From Eledone cirrhosa (taxonomy: Eukaryota): a DNA stretch of 64,000 nucleotides. The notes under the pieces were generated by a model. The model searched no databases and was not told where the DNA came from. It saw only the letters and a program-made list of their open reading frames with translations. The stretch lies in the NCBI GenBank assembly GCA_964016885.1, contig OZ024746.1, positions 102,176,001 through 102,240,000 of the forward strand, read 5' to 3'. This document shows positions 13,822-28,400 of the stretch, piece by piece. A program made the translations under genes and the position numbers. Within the stretch, counting starts at the first letter, position 1, and every line of letters starts with the position of its first letter.

Positions 13822-16800
13822 TTATTTTAATATCTGCTTATATATGATGTTCTTTGTCAAAGTTTTATTACCTTGCACACCCCACCTTCTTGCTTGTGTT
13901 CAATACTTTAATTTTTACATATGACTCTCTGCATACTTTTGAAATATTGGCCCAGGAAGAAACAGGCCCTCTGTATCGTATGTTTGACCTTGATTCTTGT
14001 TGTCATACATATGACAGTCTTAATGGAAACTAGGTTCTTTCCAAAGTAAAAGGGATGTTGGGATCACTGGGGGCTAATTTCAGTCTTGGGATCAAAACAC
14101 ACCTGCCCACCAAAAGACCATTGATATGAGGAGCTTCGATAAAATGTTGATGCATTCCTACTACTTCTAATCTTGTGCTATTGCATAATCTATTCTGGAT
14201 TGAAATATTCCGTAGAAACATTATTATTGATCCTTTTTGGAGTTTGTGAGGTGGCATTCTGGAAGGTGTAAGTTCAGAAATTCAGAAGCATATCTGTCAA
14301 ACTCTGTAGGTTCATCGATGAGCACTCTGTACTGTAATAAGTATGGCTGTTACTGGGTAGTTTTCTGAGAACCTCTTCATTGATAGGCAATCATCATTTT
14401 GGGGGAGATAAAATTACTTGCGTTCTTTTCTCTTGTGTTATATCACAGTTTGTTTCACTAAACAGTCATTTACACATGGTAATGGAGGCACTTTCATTCA
14501 TCTTCAGTTCTTCAATTCAAAATGTAGCAGCCTCTTCGCAAACTCTCTGATCTTCTCTTAGTCTGATATTATTGTTCAATGTAAAATGTTGAAAGAAGTA
14601 CCACAGATGGGAATTTTTAAGGCATATTTCTAATGTAGCTTCACAGGTGCTCCTTGGTAATATTAGCAGCAGTTGCTTGAACTCACCTCCCAAAAGCAAA
14701 ACCTTTCCTCCAAACACTTCAGTGACACCAATGATGTGTTGAAGACCCTTGTGAATGGCATGAATTGCATAGGAGGGAATCATAGAAGCCTCAACCAGTA
14801 TTATGAGATCCATGTTCTGTAAGTAATTAGCATAGTCAGATGAGCCAGACACATTACATACACTGGTCTGTTAGTGGAACAGGTAGTTTAAATAGATTGT
14901 GTAGTGCTGCCTCCCAACAGCAGTGTAGACTTTATGCCGGTCCAAGAACTGCAACATACCTGATAGTTATTGAACAGGTTTTGTCACAACCTCCAGCTGC
15001 ATCTGCGTAAAAGCAGGTATGTGCAGCTTTTCTCCTCTGTTGAACAGCATCATTTACAGTATCAGCAATCATATGTTGCTCTTCAGTAAGAGAATCAATA
15101 TCACTTGGGGTTCAGGTTCAATGGACTGAGGCAGACCCTGTTTTGCGCAGTTGGTACCATTTTCAATCAATATTGCGTTAATGTAACCAAGTGCCATATT
15201 TTCATCTTGCTGACCACCTATCTCTTTATGTAAATAGTTCTCAATCAATGACTCCTTATGGGTGTTCCATAATTGCAGTATATTGACTGGCACAGAGCAA
15301 CGAACATCATACAAAACTGTGTTGGCATGTGGTTGGGTAGCAGCTTCCTGCAGAGCTTCGCTGAAATAGTCTTTTCATGACCAAGTAGCAAGCAAGCCAC
15401 TTAGTGCCTGGCACATGAAGTAGCAATACTCTTAAATATAATTTTTCAGCAACTCTGGGGCTGACTGTGTACAATCTACTAATGATATTATTGTTCCTTC
15501 TTCTTGGCATCCATTTTATGTTGGTTTCATTGAACACAGTGTTCTGCAATTTCTTCACATAGGTAGTTTCTTGCATTGTCATGTTTTTCATTTAGCTTGA
15601 ATCAGGCAGTAAGGGTAATCATCATCATTGTTTAACGTCTATCTTCCACGCTAGCATGGGTTTAGACGGAAATTGTCCCACTTGAGGCAAGATTGGTTGT
15701 CTCGCTCGTATAGGACTGTCTGGCAGGTTTTCTCCGGCTGGATGCCCTTCCTAACACCAACCACGTTTACAGTGTGGACTGGGAGGTTTTTACCGTGTTA
15801 TCTACACGGCCACATTACAGCGTGGACTGTGTTTTTTTTTTGTCGTGACACCTACACGACCTCATTTATTTAGGACTGGATATTGTGGTACCAACATAAC
15901 TTTACATTACAAGGGATGGTGTTGATGGGGGTGGGGGAGTTGGGGTAGTGGGTTGGGGGTGTATATTTGATTAAGAGGTACCTACTGACTGTAGGTTTCG
16001 CTTTGTACTTAGGCAAGGCGGGTCTTCTGTATTACTGCGTAGCGCCAAAGATCTCGGTCCAGTGACAGTCTTAGAGAGGTGCAAGTGTGTAAGGTCGGAA
16101 TTTATCAGATCGCCCCAGGTTTTTCTGGATCTACCTACTCCGTTACTTCCATCTATTTTGATCGCCCTGCACTTTTTTATACAGCTGTCGTCTTTCATGC
16201 GCATCACGTGACCACACCAACGTAGTCTTCTCTCAAGTAAACAGCATCTGATCCCACTTATTCTTAATTTCTCACTTAGTTCATTTATGCTTTGCTGTTC
16301 ACGTATATTACTATTACACATCCAACAGAGCATGCATGCTTCGTTCCTTTCCAGTCTGCGCAGGCCCTCTGCACACAATGCCCATGTCTCACTGTCATAT
16401 AACATTGCTGTTCGTATGCAGACATCATACAGTCTGCCTTTCATTTTTAGAGAGAAACCTTTAGCGGCCAATAGTGGTATAAGCTCTCTGAACTTTTTCC
16501 ATCCCATACTGACTCTGGCTACTGTACTTTCTGATCACCTTCCACCACTGCTGATTTTGTCACCCAGGTAACGGAAGGTGTCCACTATTTCTATAGAGCC
16601 ATCTGGGCAATAGAAGGAGCAAGTATCCTGTGGACACTTGCTACTTATTGCAGCTGAGCACCGGCCACATATAAAATCTACGTTCTTAGATAGTTTACCT
16701 GTGATCCCACTACATCTTTTATGCATCCATACTTTGCATTTGGGACATAAAATGGAATTTCTGCCTTCTCCTTTCCTACACACTGAGCATGGCCATTTAC

Positions 16801-18060
16801 CAGAAGGGACCTGTGCCCTATTTTCCTTCCTACATACTAGAACTTTAGTCTTAGACAGGTTAACTTTAAGGCCTTTTGATTCTAGGCCATGCTGCCATGT
16901 TTGGAATTTCTTCTCTAGTTCAGCCATTGATTCGGCTATGAGCGTTAGATCATCTGCGTATAGAAGTTCCCATGGGCAGCCGGTCTTGAACTCCTCTGTT
17001 ATAGCCTGAAGGGCAATAATAAATAGGAGGGGGCTAAGGACAGAGTCCTGATGAACAACTTTTACGTTAAATTCTTCACTATATTCGTTGTTAATTCTAA
17101 CTTTGCTGACTGTTTCTTTATACATGGCTTGTATAGCTCTCACAAGCCATTCATCAACTCTTAGTTTTCTAAGGGCCCACCAGATAATGGCGCGGGGGGA
17201 CTGTCAAATGCTTTCTCCAAGTCAACAAAAGCTAAGTATAGGGGTTTACTTTTAGCTAGGTACTTCTCCTGGAGTTGTCGTACACAAACCCAAACTGCAT
17301 TTCATCTAGATCAATTCGCTCTCTGATTAGTTGCGCTATAACTTTTTCTGTGACCTTCATGACCTGGTCAATTAATTTAATGCCTCTATAATTTCCTCTA
17401 TCTAGGCATCTCCTTTACCCTTGTAGCAGTTAATGATGATGCTGCTATGCCAGTGTCATTTGGTATGACCCCGTTCTGTATGACTTGGTTTACTATCCGG
17501 GTGACCATAGTGTGTCCCACCGTTCCAGATGCTTTCAGCATTTCAGCAACTATCTCCGAAGGCCCAGCTGCCTTACCTGTCTTCATATCTTTGATTGCCT
17601 TACTTATTATACTACCTTCAACTTGCACTGCATTTTTACTATGACCTGAGCATTGCCTCTTTGAAAGTAAACTCTCTGTTTGTTACTCAAGTGTATGGCT
17701 AGCCTGTACACTGAATGCGATATACCATGAAGCTTAAATTCAGAGAGATGCCACACTGCCTATGGCAGAGACACATACCTGCAACCAAGATAGTTTCTTA
17801 TTTCATCATAGTTGTGTTGGTTCTGAGCATTATTAGGTAATGCACCTTCTATAGACGCTCAATCATGCCCCCTGTAAACATTTAAAGAGGTACTTGGTGC
17901 TGTTTATAGAAGAGCAACCTCCAACATTAATATGTGCACAATATTTCTTCAGCAAAAAGGCATTAAATGGCACAACATTCCTATTATCTACTGAATGTCA
18001 TCCAATTTGCACTGTACTTCCTGTCTTGTGATAGTGTATTCAGGGTTAAATTACCCTATG
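13822..18060 (-). mobile_element. Decayed Helitron Rep/PIF1-helicase remnant, split by an RTE LINE insertion
   Basis: Rep motifs DNRNVVPFNAFLLKKYCAHINV (~17900-17990) and DEIRNYLGCRYVS..VYRLAIHL..QRVYF (~17650-17820). Helicase pieces FGGKVLLLGGEFKQLL, FLRNISIQNRLCNSTRL and LIPRLKL, ending TKNIIYKQILK* at 13822. Many stops and frameshifts. Confidence 0.9.
15618..17631 (-). mobile_element. 5'-truncated RTE-clade LINE (RT + PHD-like finger + C-terminus + 3' UTR + (GAT)n tail) nested in the Helitron remnant
   Basis: KAAGPSEIVAEMLK, QDSVLSPLLF, LLYADDL, WPCSVCRK..CPKCKVWMHKRC, RRLRWCGHVMRM; (ATC)n at 15618 is the minus-strand tail. Frameshifted. Confidence 0.93.
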
Positions 18061-19332
18061 TCTCCCTAAAACACTAGAGTGTGATATAGAATATCTGACT
18101 GCTATTTCCAGCAGGCTCAACAGTCACATAAAGACTTCTCTTTTGTCTTGAGTAAAAATACAAATAGGATTGTGTGAGTGAAGGGCGTTTACTGATATTC
18201 TTTTAGAGATAAACACAGCCCCTATATAAGACTGTCTGCCCTCAACATTTTCCATTTCTATATAATTCTTCAATTATTTTAACATCTTCCCTTGCTCCCC
18301 AAATTCAGATCTCTTACTGATACCCCCCCCCCCCATATTTTTTAATAGTTTCTTATCTCCCACCTATCTTCCATATCATAAGTGATCTACAACTGTCATT
18401 ATAACAGACTTTCACCGATCAACACAGGGAAGATGTAAAACGAAGTCAACATGTGAAGCAGAACAGTAATTCAGAAAAACTGACAGGACAGAGTTTAGAG
18501 GGGACACATTTTACATAACAGATATGCTCTCTAGTACTGGTGGCACAATAAAATGAACTGTCTAAACTAATATGGTTGGTGTAAAACCATGCCAAAAATA
18601 TGAGAATTTGGATGTTACATATACAAAGCTGGCCATTAACTTGTTTTGATAATAGTTCACTAATCTCTGTGGAAAGTGAAGCCATTCTGAAGATAATGTC
18701 ATGATATGTGATTTCAATGTTATCCATCAACAACCTAACTAGATACACTTATGCAATGAAGAAAAAACAAAAAATCTTAAGCTTAATAACTAATATCTGT
18801 AGACATGTTTTGCTTTTCAGTAAAGCATGGACTCCAGCACAATTACAGTAGTAGCAATAAGACTATCACTGATGTACAGTATATAAAGGAGTATTGACTC
18901 CACCCCAGTTATAGCAATAAGACTATTACTGGTGTACAGTACTGTACATAAACATGAAATATTGGAATATTTAAAATAAATAAATTGCTGAGCCATCATT
19001 TACTTTTCACTAACTCACACATACTGAACAGCAGAGATTTTATTGTTTAATATCCTGTAATGATTTAGTAGAAAATACCTAAAAACAGGTTTGTCAATTC
19101 AAATGTTTGTTGTATCTTTACTAGTGGAGAGATTGTTGTGAAAATTTGCAGTACTAAGTTAAAGAATTTAATTTTTCATTGGTTCAGTTATAGTGCAGAT
19201 TAAGAAGAATATCTTGGTACTGCAGCAATTTTGTAATTTATATGGTACAAGACTTGAAGAGTTAATGAATGAATAAATCATTTCAAAAGTGTGGAAGAAG
19301 CTTGCATAACAAATAGATTAAGATTATAATAC

Positions 19333-19480
19333 CTTTTGCCTGGTCCTCCAACTGACATAACCTGCGGGGCCATGTTAGATGCACGGCCACGGGCTGCACC
19401 GTGAAGATTTGGTCCCCAACTACCAACCACAACTCCAGCAATTTCTAGTTGCCCACCACGAGCATCTACAGGTGAACGGC
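19333..19480 (-). CDS. FAM120A: FAM120A-like exon GRSPVDARGGQLEIAGVVVGSWGPNLHGAARGRASNMAPQVMSVGGPGK
   Basis: 148 bp; cttgtag acceptor; GGxLEIAGxVVGxW and QVxSVGGP motifs. The donor (gtatt) at 19332 is presumed. Confidence 0.88.
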
Positions 19481-22400
19481 CTACAAGAAAAAGGAATCTT
19501 TTTATTTATTTCCATAGGTGACACCACTTAAGATTACAATAACAAAAATAAAGAAACATTCTATTATAAAACTTTGCATGATTGTATATAAAATCATTTA
19601 ATATTGTCCACGCATAGATTAGATGGGTTGTCACATTATGAGATGTTAGGTCCAGAGATCATGCCTTGCTCTTCTGGGTCTGTATTTTGACTTGGCTTTT
19701 ACAGCTGGATACCTTTCCTAATGCCAACCACCTTAGAGTAGACTGGGCGCTATTGTTGTCATGGCACCAATGTCTTGTTTCAAATTAAACAAATTTCAAC
19801 TAATATGTACACAATACCCAACTAGGTCCCACTATTTCAACAATACCCAACTAGGTCCCAGCATGGCCACAGCTCATCAACTAGAACTGTTAAATACATA
19901 AAAGATTAAATGTAGTTAGTATATTGATAGAAAAATGAATTTCAATTCATCATTTGAGAATCAACTATTTAGTTGTCAGCAAATTCAGCCATTTTAACAA
20001 CTGTTTTAAGACATCTTTGCTCAGATTATTTGAGCCAGTTTAATTCTAGCCATATTAATCAGCTAAGGAAAGTTGATTGACTATCTTTTCTTCAAATATA
20101 TTTAACTAGCAGTGGTATCCGGCGTTGCACGGGATAAGGTATTTTGGAAGGCGAGCCGCCAACAGACCTAATCGTGGAAAAACTGCATGCCTGGACAATA
20201 TGTAAAGAAAATAAACCGAATACTCTGATGGCTGGATAATCTTTAAGATTTTCCTCGACGAAGCAGGAAAAATGCAGGTTTTCACCTAATGTGGGTCCTA
20301 GGGGATCAAGAAAATGAATTTTTTTATGTGCATAATATGCCTTGAAATTTCGGGAAAATCGGCTAGACATAACGCCTCCAAAAAGCCCTAAAAAGCTGAA
20401 GTTTTTCACCTAATGCGGGCCCTAGGCCATAAAAAAGTTGGATTTTCTTTGCTCACGGTATGAAGAAGAGACTGACTAATACATAGTTACAATTTCAAGG
20501 AAATTGGTCTGACGTAACACCTCAAAATAACCCTAAAAGCTTTAAAATGCAGTTTTTCACCTAACGCGGGCCCTAGGAGATCAAAAAGTTGAATTTTTTT
20601 TATGTGCATAACACTCCCTGAAACATAAGTAATACACATGTAAAGTTTGAAAATAAATCAGTTGGGTACTTCTCGAATTTTAGGGATTCAAACTCACAGA
20701 CACACACACAGACAGACATCCTCAGGGAAGTGACATAATGGAGACAGCCAGACATACAGACAGATATTATAAGGGCGCGACGTTATATGTATGTATCTAT
20801 CTAAAAAGAGAAAGACTAAGAATTACATGTGTAAAGTTTGAAAACAGTCAGTTGGGTGGTTCTCAAGTTTTAGGGATTCAAACTCACACACACACAGACA
20901 GACATCCTCAGTTTTATATATATAGATAAATCCTACTAACACCAATTGTAAAGTTATGTCTTCAATCTTTAATCAGTGATAAAAACAATACTATATACAC
21001 AGAAGCCAGTCTATTATTCCGATTCTGGGACTCATTTTGTCAAAAACAAACTGGAAATTATCTTATCTTTGTTCACCCATTAGCATTTAAACTGGCCATA
21101 TCCAGCCAGAATTCTCTCACCTCTTACTGTTCAAACCAGCCATAACTGGCCACTCATACCAATATTAAGGTATTGTCAAAATAAATAACAAAATCTCAGA
21201 TTCGATATTATGTGAGATAATTATTTGAGGTAAAACCTTTACCGTGAAAATACAATAGTAAATATAGAGTAATGTAAATGCTAAAGGGTTAAATAACAAT
21301 ATTTCAGCAAAATGACATTAGCAGTGCAGACATTCAACAAATATACCTTCTGGTAAAAATTTAAGTCCTGTGATTTCAAATAAGACTGCATGGGGCAGAT
21401 GTGGGCTCCGTAAGCCTTGGAGAAGGCAGCCCATATAGGAGAACTGTGTCTCCAAATAAACTAGGACTGCATGGGGTAGACGTAGGCTCTTTGGAGAAGG
21501 CAGCCTGTCTTGGAGTGCAGTGGCTCAGAATAAAAACTGATACAGGTTAGAGAAGACCTTTTAGTCCAGTAAGACTAGTGCTGGTGACACGAATAATGTA
21601 GCCAGTCAATGCTGTAAAGTGCTAAGTGTTAGCAAGGGCATCCAGCCACTAAAATATTGCTAAGTTCAACACATTTCAGATGCACCAGACAGCCACTGTT
21701 GCAGCTGCTGCACTAAACAGCCACTGCACCATATTCTATATATACATCAAACATACCATCCAATACAAAAAAAAATATTAAGCTTACCAAGGATACCTCT
21801 TCCCCGACCTTTGTTCTGGTTCTGTCCACCAGCAGAAATATTTGGTTGAATTTGAGATGCACCAGGAGGTCGATGATTGAAGTTAACATTAGAGTAGGGT
21901 GGAAAAGGATAATTGTTGTACAAAGCAGTAGCAGGTAATGGTGCTTTGGCAAATTCTACTTTCAGTCCTTCCAATATTGCTTGTCTCATTCGTTCCACCT
22001 TAAGTACTTGATCAACCTAAAATATATAATATACATTCATTATAAACTATTTTCTTATTGAAATCATACGGTAGCAAAATATAAGACTAAGATCCTTGTA
22101 AGTAGATGAGAAAACAGAACCCAGATCCCCTCAGGGAAATGGCCTTGCTCAGTATGTAGGAACTCCATCCTCTGCCCCAAATGCAAACAATGGGTACACA
22201 AAAGATGTAGTGGGATCTCAGAAGCTTAACTAAGAATGTAGGCTTCACATGTAGCAGCTGTGCTGGGACAGCAAGCAGCAAATGGCCACAGGAAACAAGC
22301 ACCACCAAACCCTGGGAGGGCTCTGTAGAAACAGTAGACAGCTTCTGCTACCTAGGTGACCAAATTAGCAGTGGAGGTGGGTGTTCGGAAAGTACAATAA

Positions 22401-25400
22401 CTAGGGTAAGAACGGGATGGAAGAAGTTCAGGGAGCTACTGCCACTGTTAGCTGCAAAAGGCTTCTCCCTCAAAATGAAAGGCAGACTGTATGATGCGTG
22501 TATACGATCAGGAATGTTACATGGTAGGGAGACCTGGGCGCTGAATGTGGAAGACTTGCGTAGATTAGAAAGAAATGAAGCCCGCATGCTCCGATGGATG
22601 TGTAATAGTAATATACGCGAATGGCAAAGCATAAATGAATTGAGAGAGAGACTGAGCATAAGAGGAATCAAATGCTGTGTGCAGGGGAGGAGGTTGCGTT
22701 GGTATGGACATGTGATGCGTATGAAGGATGACTGCTGCATAAAAAGGTGCAGAGCACTAGAAGTCGATGGAAACCGCAGAGTGGGGAGAGCCAAGAAGAC
22801 CTGGGGTGAGGTGATAAAAGCCGACCTTACCCAATTGCACCTTTCAAAGGCGATGACACACGACCGTGACCTCTGGCGCCACGCAATAATACAGAAGACA
22901 CGACCCCCCACGGGTACAAGCCGAAGCTGAAGCATATAGACAATATGCCCCGACCCCCTCCCACTGCAAAGTAGACGTGGAGGTGCCACGGATAAAAAGC
23001 ACCCAGATCACGCTGTAAAGTGGACGTGTAGGTGCCACGGAAAAAAAGCACCCAACACTCACTGTAAATGAGGTTGGTGTTAGGAAGGGCATCCAGCTGT
23101 AGAAATCAAGCCAAAATCAGTTCCCGTATGAGCAAGGCATGGTCAGCCGACCTGGTACTGCCCACAACAGGACAACCCGTCTAACCCATGTTAGCGTGGA
23201 AGAATGGACTTAAAACGATGATGATGATGATGCCATAACTTGTGAAGGAGTCAAAGGGGCGTTGTAGTAACAAACAGCATTTGTTGGAGCCCATCTCTTC
23301 TCCAGGTCTCAACAGACTTCTTCGAGAAAAGGATAGAGATATGGAGGAAGAATCGACACCAGTACTTGACTGCTACTTTTTTTATTGACCTTGAAAGTAT
23401 GAAAGGTCAAAGTTGACTGTGGCAAGATTTGAACTCAGAGAACTGGAACAAATACTGCATTCAAACAACCCAGCAACTTCACTGCCTTAGCACAATATCA
23501 ACCAAGTTATAAATCAGAAGACTACTAACAAGTGGATATTATTGAAAACAGATTATATGTGATACTGCAATACTATTACAGGTATAATACAACACACAAC
23601 TGTTCTTAACTCATTACACAAGTTATATCATTTGACTTTGACAAAAAAGGAAGTAAGCGTTGGCTGTCAATAGATTATATTTAGCTATACAATGAAATAA
23701 AAGATGTTAGCACACAGTACTATGGTAGATCTTGACATGAGAAAACATTACACTGATGAGAGAAGGACCGTGACAAGTGGAGAGATGCCGAATAAGACCC
23801 ATCCCACCCTTGCAAGCAGGGAAGAGCGGACATAAAATGATGATGATGATGGTGGTGGTGATATGAGAGAGAGAGAGAGATCAACTTACCTGTCCATCAC
23901 ACATGTCAATGAGAGGAGTATTATTATTTGCTTTCAGAAGCTTGAAATGAAAAAGTTTCCCATCAAAGTACAACCAGGGGCAACACATGGTCCATGGAAT
24001 TGGAGCACCACAAATATCATTGGCAAAAATGGCAGTTTCAATTCCAGCCATAAAGAGAGAGGCTAAATGAACTCCACGGTTACTGATAGATGGTAGCTAT
24101 ATAAAAAGAAAACCAAAATATATTTAAGTAACTCTTGTGTGTGTGAAGATAGAAAGTAGAATAGTCCCAAGTTGAAGAGATTCTGTTGATGTTTACTTCC
24201 AAGTGACAGATCTTGAAACAAATATAACAGCTGCTGCAATGTGAGAAAAAACAACTTGATATATTTAAAGGGCTGCTGCCTCGGTAACTATATCACTGAT
24301 CTATAGCTACATATGAACAAAGGCAATTCTATGGTGCTCTCTTGGTAACTATATCACTGATCTATAGCTACATATGAACAAAGGCAACTCTGGAACATTG
24401 GACTATCAAGTTGTATTATATATTCTAGCAGAAAAACTGTTGGGGTTCTGCTAGTATATGTAGTGTGCATATTGATATTATACACAAATATATATGCATA
24501 TAAATAGAATACATAAAATGAAAAGTAAATTGATAATATGCACAGAAATTGAAGAGAGACTGTGTTACACCTTCTTCTGTAATCAGTAAAGTAATCCATG
24601 ATACATTAAAAAAAATGATGATATTATATATAAACGGCATTACGATGAAATGTTATGAAAACGAAAATATAAATGTTATGATGTTGACATTTAAAAGTTT
24701 AAACAGAAGTGAATCTTGAAATAAGCAATACATTATATATAAGATTATGTTTAATCAAGAGCTAAGAAATTTAGTAGAAAAATTACATAATTCACTCATG
24801 ATTTATTCAAAGTAATCCAACTTATTTTAATAACGTGATGTAAAACAATAAACTGGACACAGTCTCACAGTTCTCTAATCATTATATATAAGATATACCA
24901 ATAACAATTAGTATGTACATAGAGCTGTATTATGGTGATACAGCTAATATACAAGAAAACAATCACATAAATAACTACATTGATTTGTTATAATAATAAT
25001 TTCTGATTTAGACACAAGGCCGACACTTTTGGGAGAAGTGATGTCAATTACATCGACCTCAGTGTACTACTGGTACTTTATTTTACAGACTCTGAAAGGA
25101 CAAAAGGCAAAGCCAACCTCGGCAGCATTTGAACACCGAACTTAAATTATATACCACAAAATACATTGTCTGACACTCAGCTGTTAAAATAGTGGCTCAC
25201 AATAATATGAAAACAAACAAATGAATAGTTTAGGTTAGCTGTAAAACAACCAATATTATCAGTTTTATACTGGTTTACTATTCAGCCAATAAAGTCAACT
25301 CTAGATTACTTTCCTTGTTCCATCTGAAACTTCCGCTATATCTAATGTTCCACTTCCATTCACTCATTTACTGATACAAACACTAAAATGTCAACACCTG

Positions 25401-28400
25401 CACCTTTTGTCTTTAACTATTAACGCCCTGTAATGCACGACATTCTTCAAAGGTACAGCACAATAAATGCACCACATTAAAAATTAAAGCCTTTAGTTTA
25501 TTGCACATTTTTTAAGAATTATCCACTAGTAAAGATACTACAAACATTTGAATCAACAAACCTGTTTTTAGACATTTTCTGCCATGTCATTACAGGATGT
25601 TGAGAGTTAATATAGATATATTTTTCTTTATACATGTTTTTCATCAACGATACTTTGCTGCAGTCATTACATATACATCATTATTAACGTGTATCAGCAC
25701 AATTAGTCATTATACTGGATAATTCATGGCAAAACTACTGATTAGAAAATTAGTTATACCAATAAAAGGGGAATAATTCTACTTGGTATTCAAGTATTTA
25801 CAAGTCTAGACAAATATGCATTCTTTCTCCTGTAAATCAATTTGTCATCATGACATTGAAACTTCCCTATTTTATTTAAATACTAAAGGAGCCACATGAC
25901 AAAATCAAACTATAAAAACAAATCTCAAATACTTCTAAGTACCCAATGAAGGGGTCTCATCTCTTCTATATCAAAAATATAAACAAAATTTTTAAGCAAA
26001 TTGTTTTAAAATTTTTTTTTAATTAAATAGAGATTAAATGAAAAAAAAAACACACAAAAAAAAAAAGACATACTTTTAGATCCTGCATGATCTGAATGTC
26101 ATGGAGAAGAGGAGATACTGCCATTGCTAAGAATGCATCCAATTCTTGCCTTTGTAGAATTCTACCATTTTGTAAAATATACCTAGGAATGGTAAATAAA
26201 CAAAAATAAACTTAAATTTTTGAATGGCACATAAAAAAAAAAACAAACAAAGATAACCTGATTTGTGAAATGGCTAAACCGTGGACAAGAGAGATGGAAG
26301 TATATGGCAGTAGAGCGACACAAGTGAGTAGACAGGTGTGAGTAAAGATAATAGTCATGTAGAAATGAAAGTATTTTCATTATACTCTTCAGTTATTCAT
26401 GGAGACCGTTCATCATCATTTAATGCCTGTTGGCATGGGTTAGACAGGTCACCAAAGACTAAGCCGGTATTTAATCAGAACTACTGTCTTACCAATCAAG
26501 GAGAGAGAGAGAGATATGAGCAGCATTTAGTTTACATATGTTCTGGTTTTGGAATAGTTTCTTCAGCTGGATGCCCTTCATATCCCCAACCACTTTACAT
26601 AATGTACTAGGTGTATTTTATCATGGGATTGACACTAGCAATCACTTTACATAGATAGATAAATAAACAATGAAATGTACCTGTGAACACAACACATAAG
26701 CAGTAAATGTTGTGGGACATAATTTGTGTTTAGCATCAAAGGAGTATCACTTTTAAGACAGGTAAGGAATGCTCTTAATCGTCTGTTTTTGTCATCTGCT
26801 TGCTGTCCTAACCACAGACGCTCAATACTTGGAGTTTTCCAATCAACTGGGTGGGCAACAACATATTCACAATGTGGACTAAACACACCTTTGCGGACGA
26901 CCCATTCTTTGACACAGACCTCAAAGGATTTGGAAGACTGGTCTCCTAAAGAACAAAGATAAACAAGTTTACAATGCCATGATGAAAAGGATATAAGAAC
27001 AACAAAAATTCACAGCTCACATCTATGCAGATTTAGCTAGCTTCCTATGAAGTTGCCTCATAGGTTTCTTAGGTATTTTAATGATAGGACCCCAGTCCTA
27101 ACATGAAAGGTAATATGAAATGAAGTGTCTTGTTCAAGAGCACAGCGTACTACTTTGTCTGGTAATCGGACCCACAACCCTATGATCCCAAGTCAAACAC
27201 ATTAACCACAAGATTACACACCTTCACAGAAATAACATACGTTAAAACAAAACATAAAATGATGCAAGAACTGTTTTGATGCTTTTCTGCCAAACTTGAA
27301 TGGTATTTCTAAAAGTAACACCCGCCTCCCTGTTAAAATAGTTCATTTTCATTTCATTTCATTTTACATCCGCTTTTTCCCTGCTTGCAGTTGTTTTAAC
27401 TAATTCTCTCCAGTATTTTAAAATGAAGTCATCACCATCATTTTTATGTTTGCCCTTTCCATGTTACTATGGGTTGGCTGAGACATTCTAAGGCAGTTTT
27501 TCTATGGTTGGATGCCCTTCCTAACACCAAGTGCTATGCTGTGAGATGTTTACACGAGATAAACAAATAACATGGCTGGCTTTAAACAATGTTGATATGA
27601 AGATACATGCTGTAAATTGATGCGGGTGGACATATTTAATGGAATTCCATGGTTTCATCATCATCATCACCGTTTTACGTCCATTCTTCCACACTAGCAT
27701 GGGTTAGACGGGTTGTCCTGTTGTGGGCAATGTTAAGTCGGGTGACCATGTCTTGATCATGATTTCTACAGCTGGATGCCTTCCTAACTCCAACCTCATT
27801 TACATTAAGTGCTGGGTACTTTTCTGTTGCGACACCTCACTACCATGTAACACTGCTGTTCGTATACACACATCATACAGTCTGCCTTTCATTTTGAGGG
27901 AAAAGCCTTTTGCAGCTAGCAGTGGCAGTAGCTCCCTGAACTTCTTCCATCCCATTCTTACCCTACTGTTTCTACAGAACCCTCCCAGAGTTTGGTAGTG
28001 CTTGTTTCCTGTTTGCTGCTTACTGTCCCGCAAATTTGTTGGCAAGGAATTGGAGACTTCTGGTGTTATTCATCAGCCTGGACATTTGCAACTAAACAAT
28101 ATATCCCCAACAAATATAACATAAAATGGATGAAGGGAAAAAACATCAACTTGTAGTACAGAAGTCAATTACCAACAACCCCCAAATCTGGGGTGGGTGG
28201 GTGTGAAGGTGGAAAAACAAGACCATTAACACTTTCACTACTGTATTTGAACTATATATTGAAGAATTTGGAGAGATTTATTAAAATTATTAATTCTTTC
28301 ATTAAAGTGGTATTTGTAACATAAAAGAAAAAAATATATCAGAAGGTTTTTAACCCTTTATCATTTAAACCAACTGTATCCAGACAGAATTCTCTCACCT

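Noticed and set aside
16287-17009. Antisense ORFs over LINE copies (also 22348-22989, 33319-34083, 48128-48850)
   Set aside because: Shadow frames of the RT coding strand with no independent motifs.
18446-18999. Short minus-strand ORFs downstream of the last confident FAM120A exon
   Set aside because: No recognisable similarity or compatible splice signals; one overlaps a small local duplication (~18830-18945).
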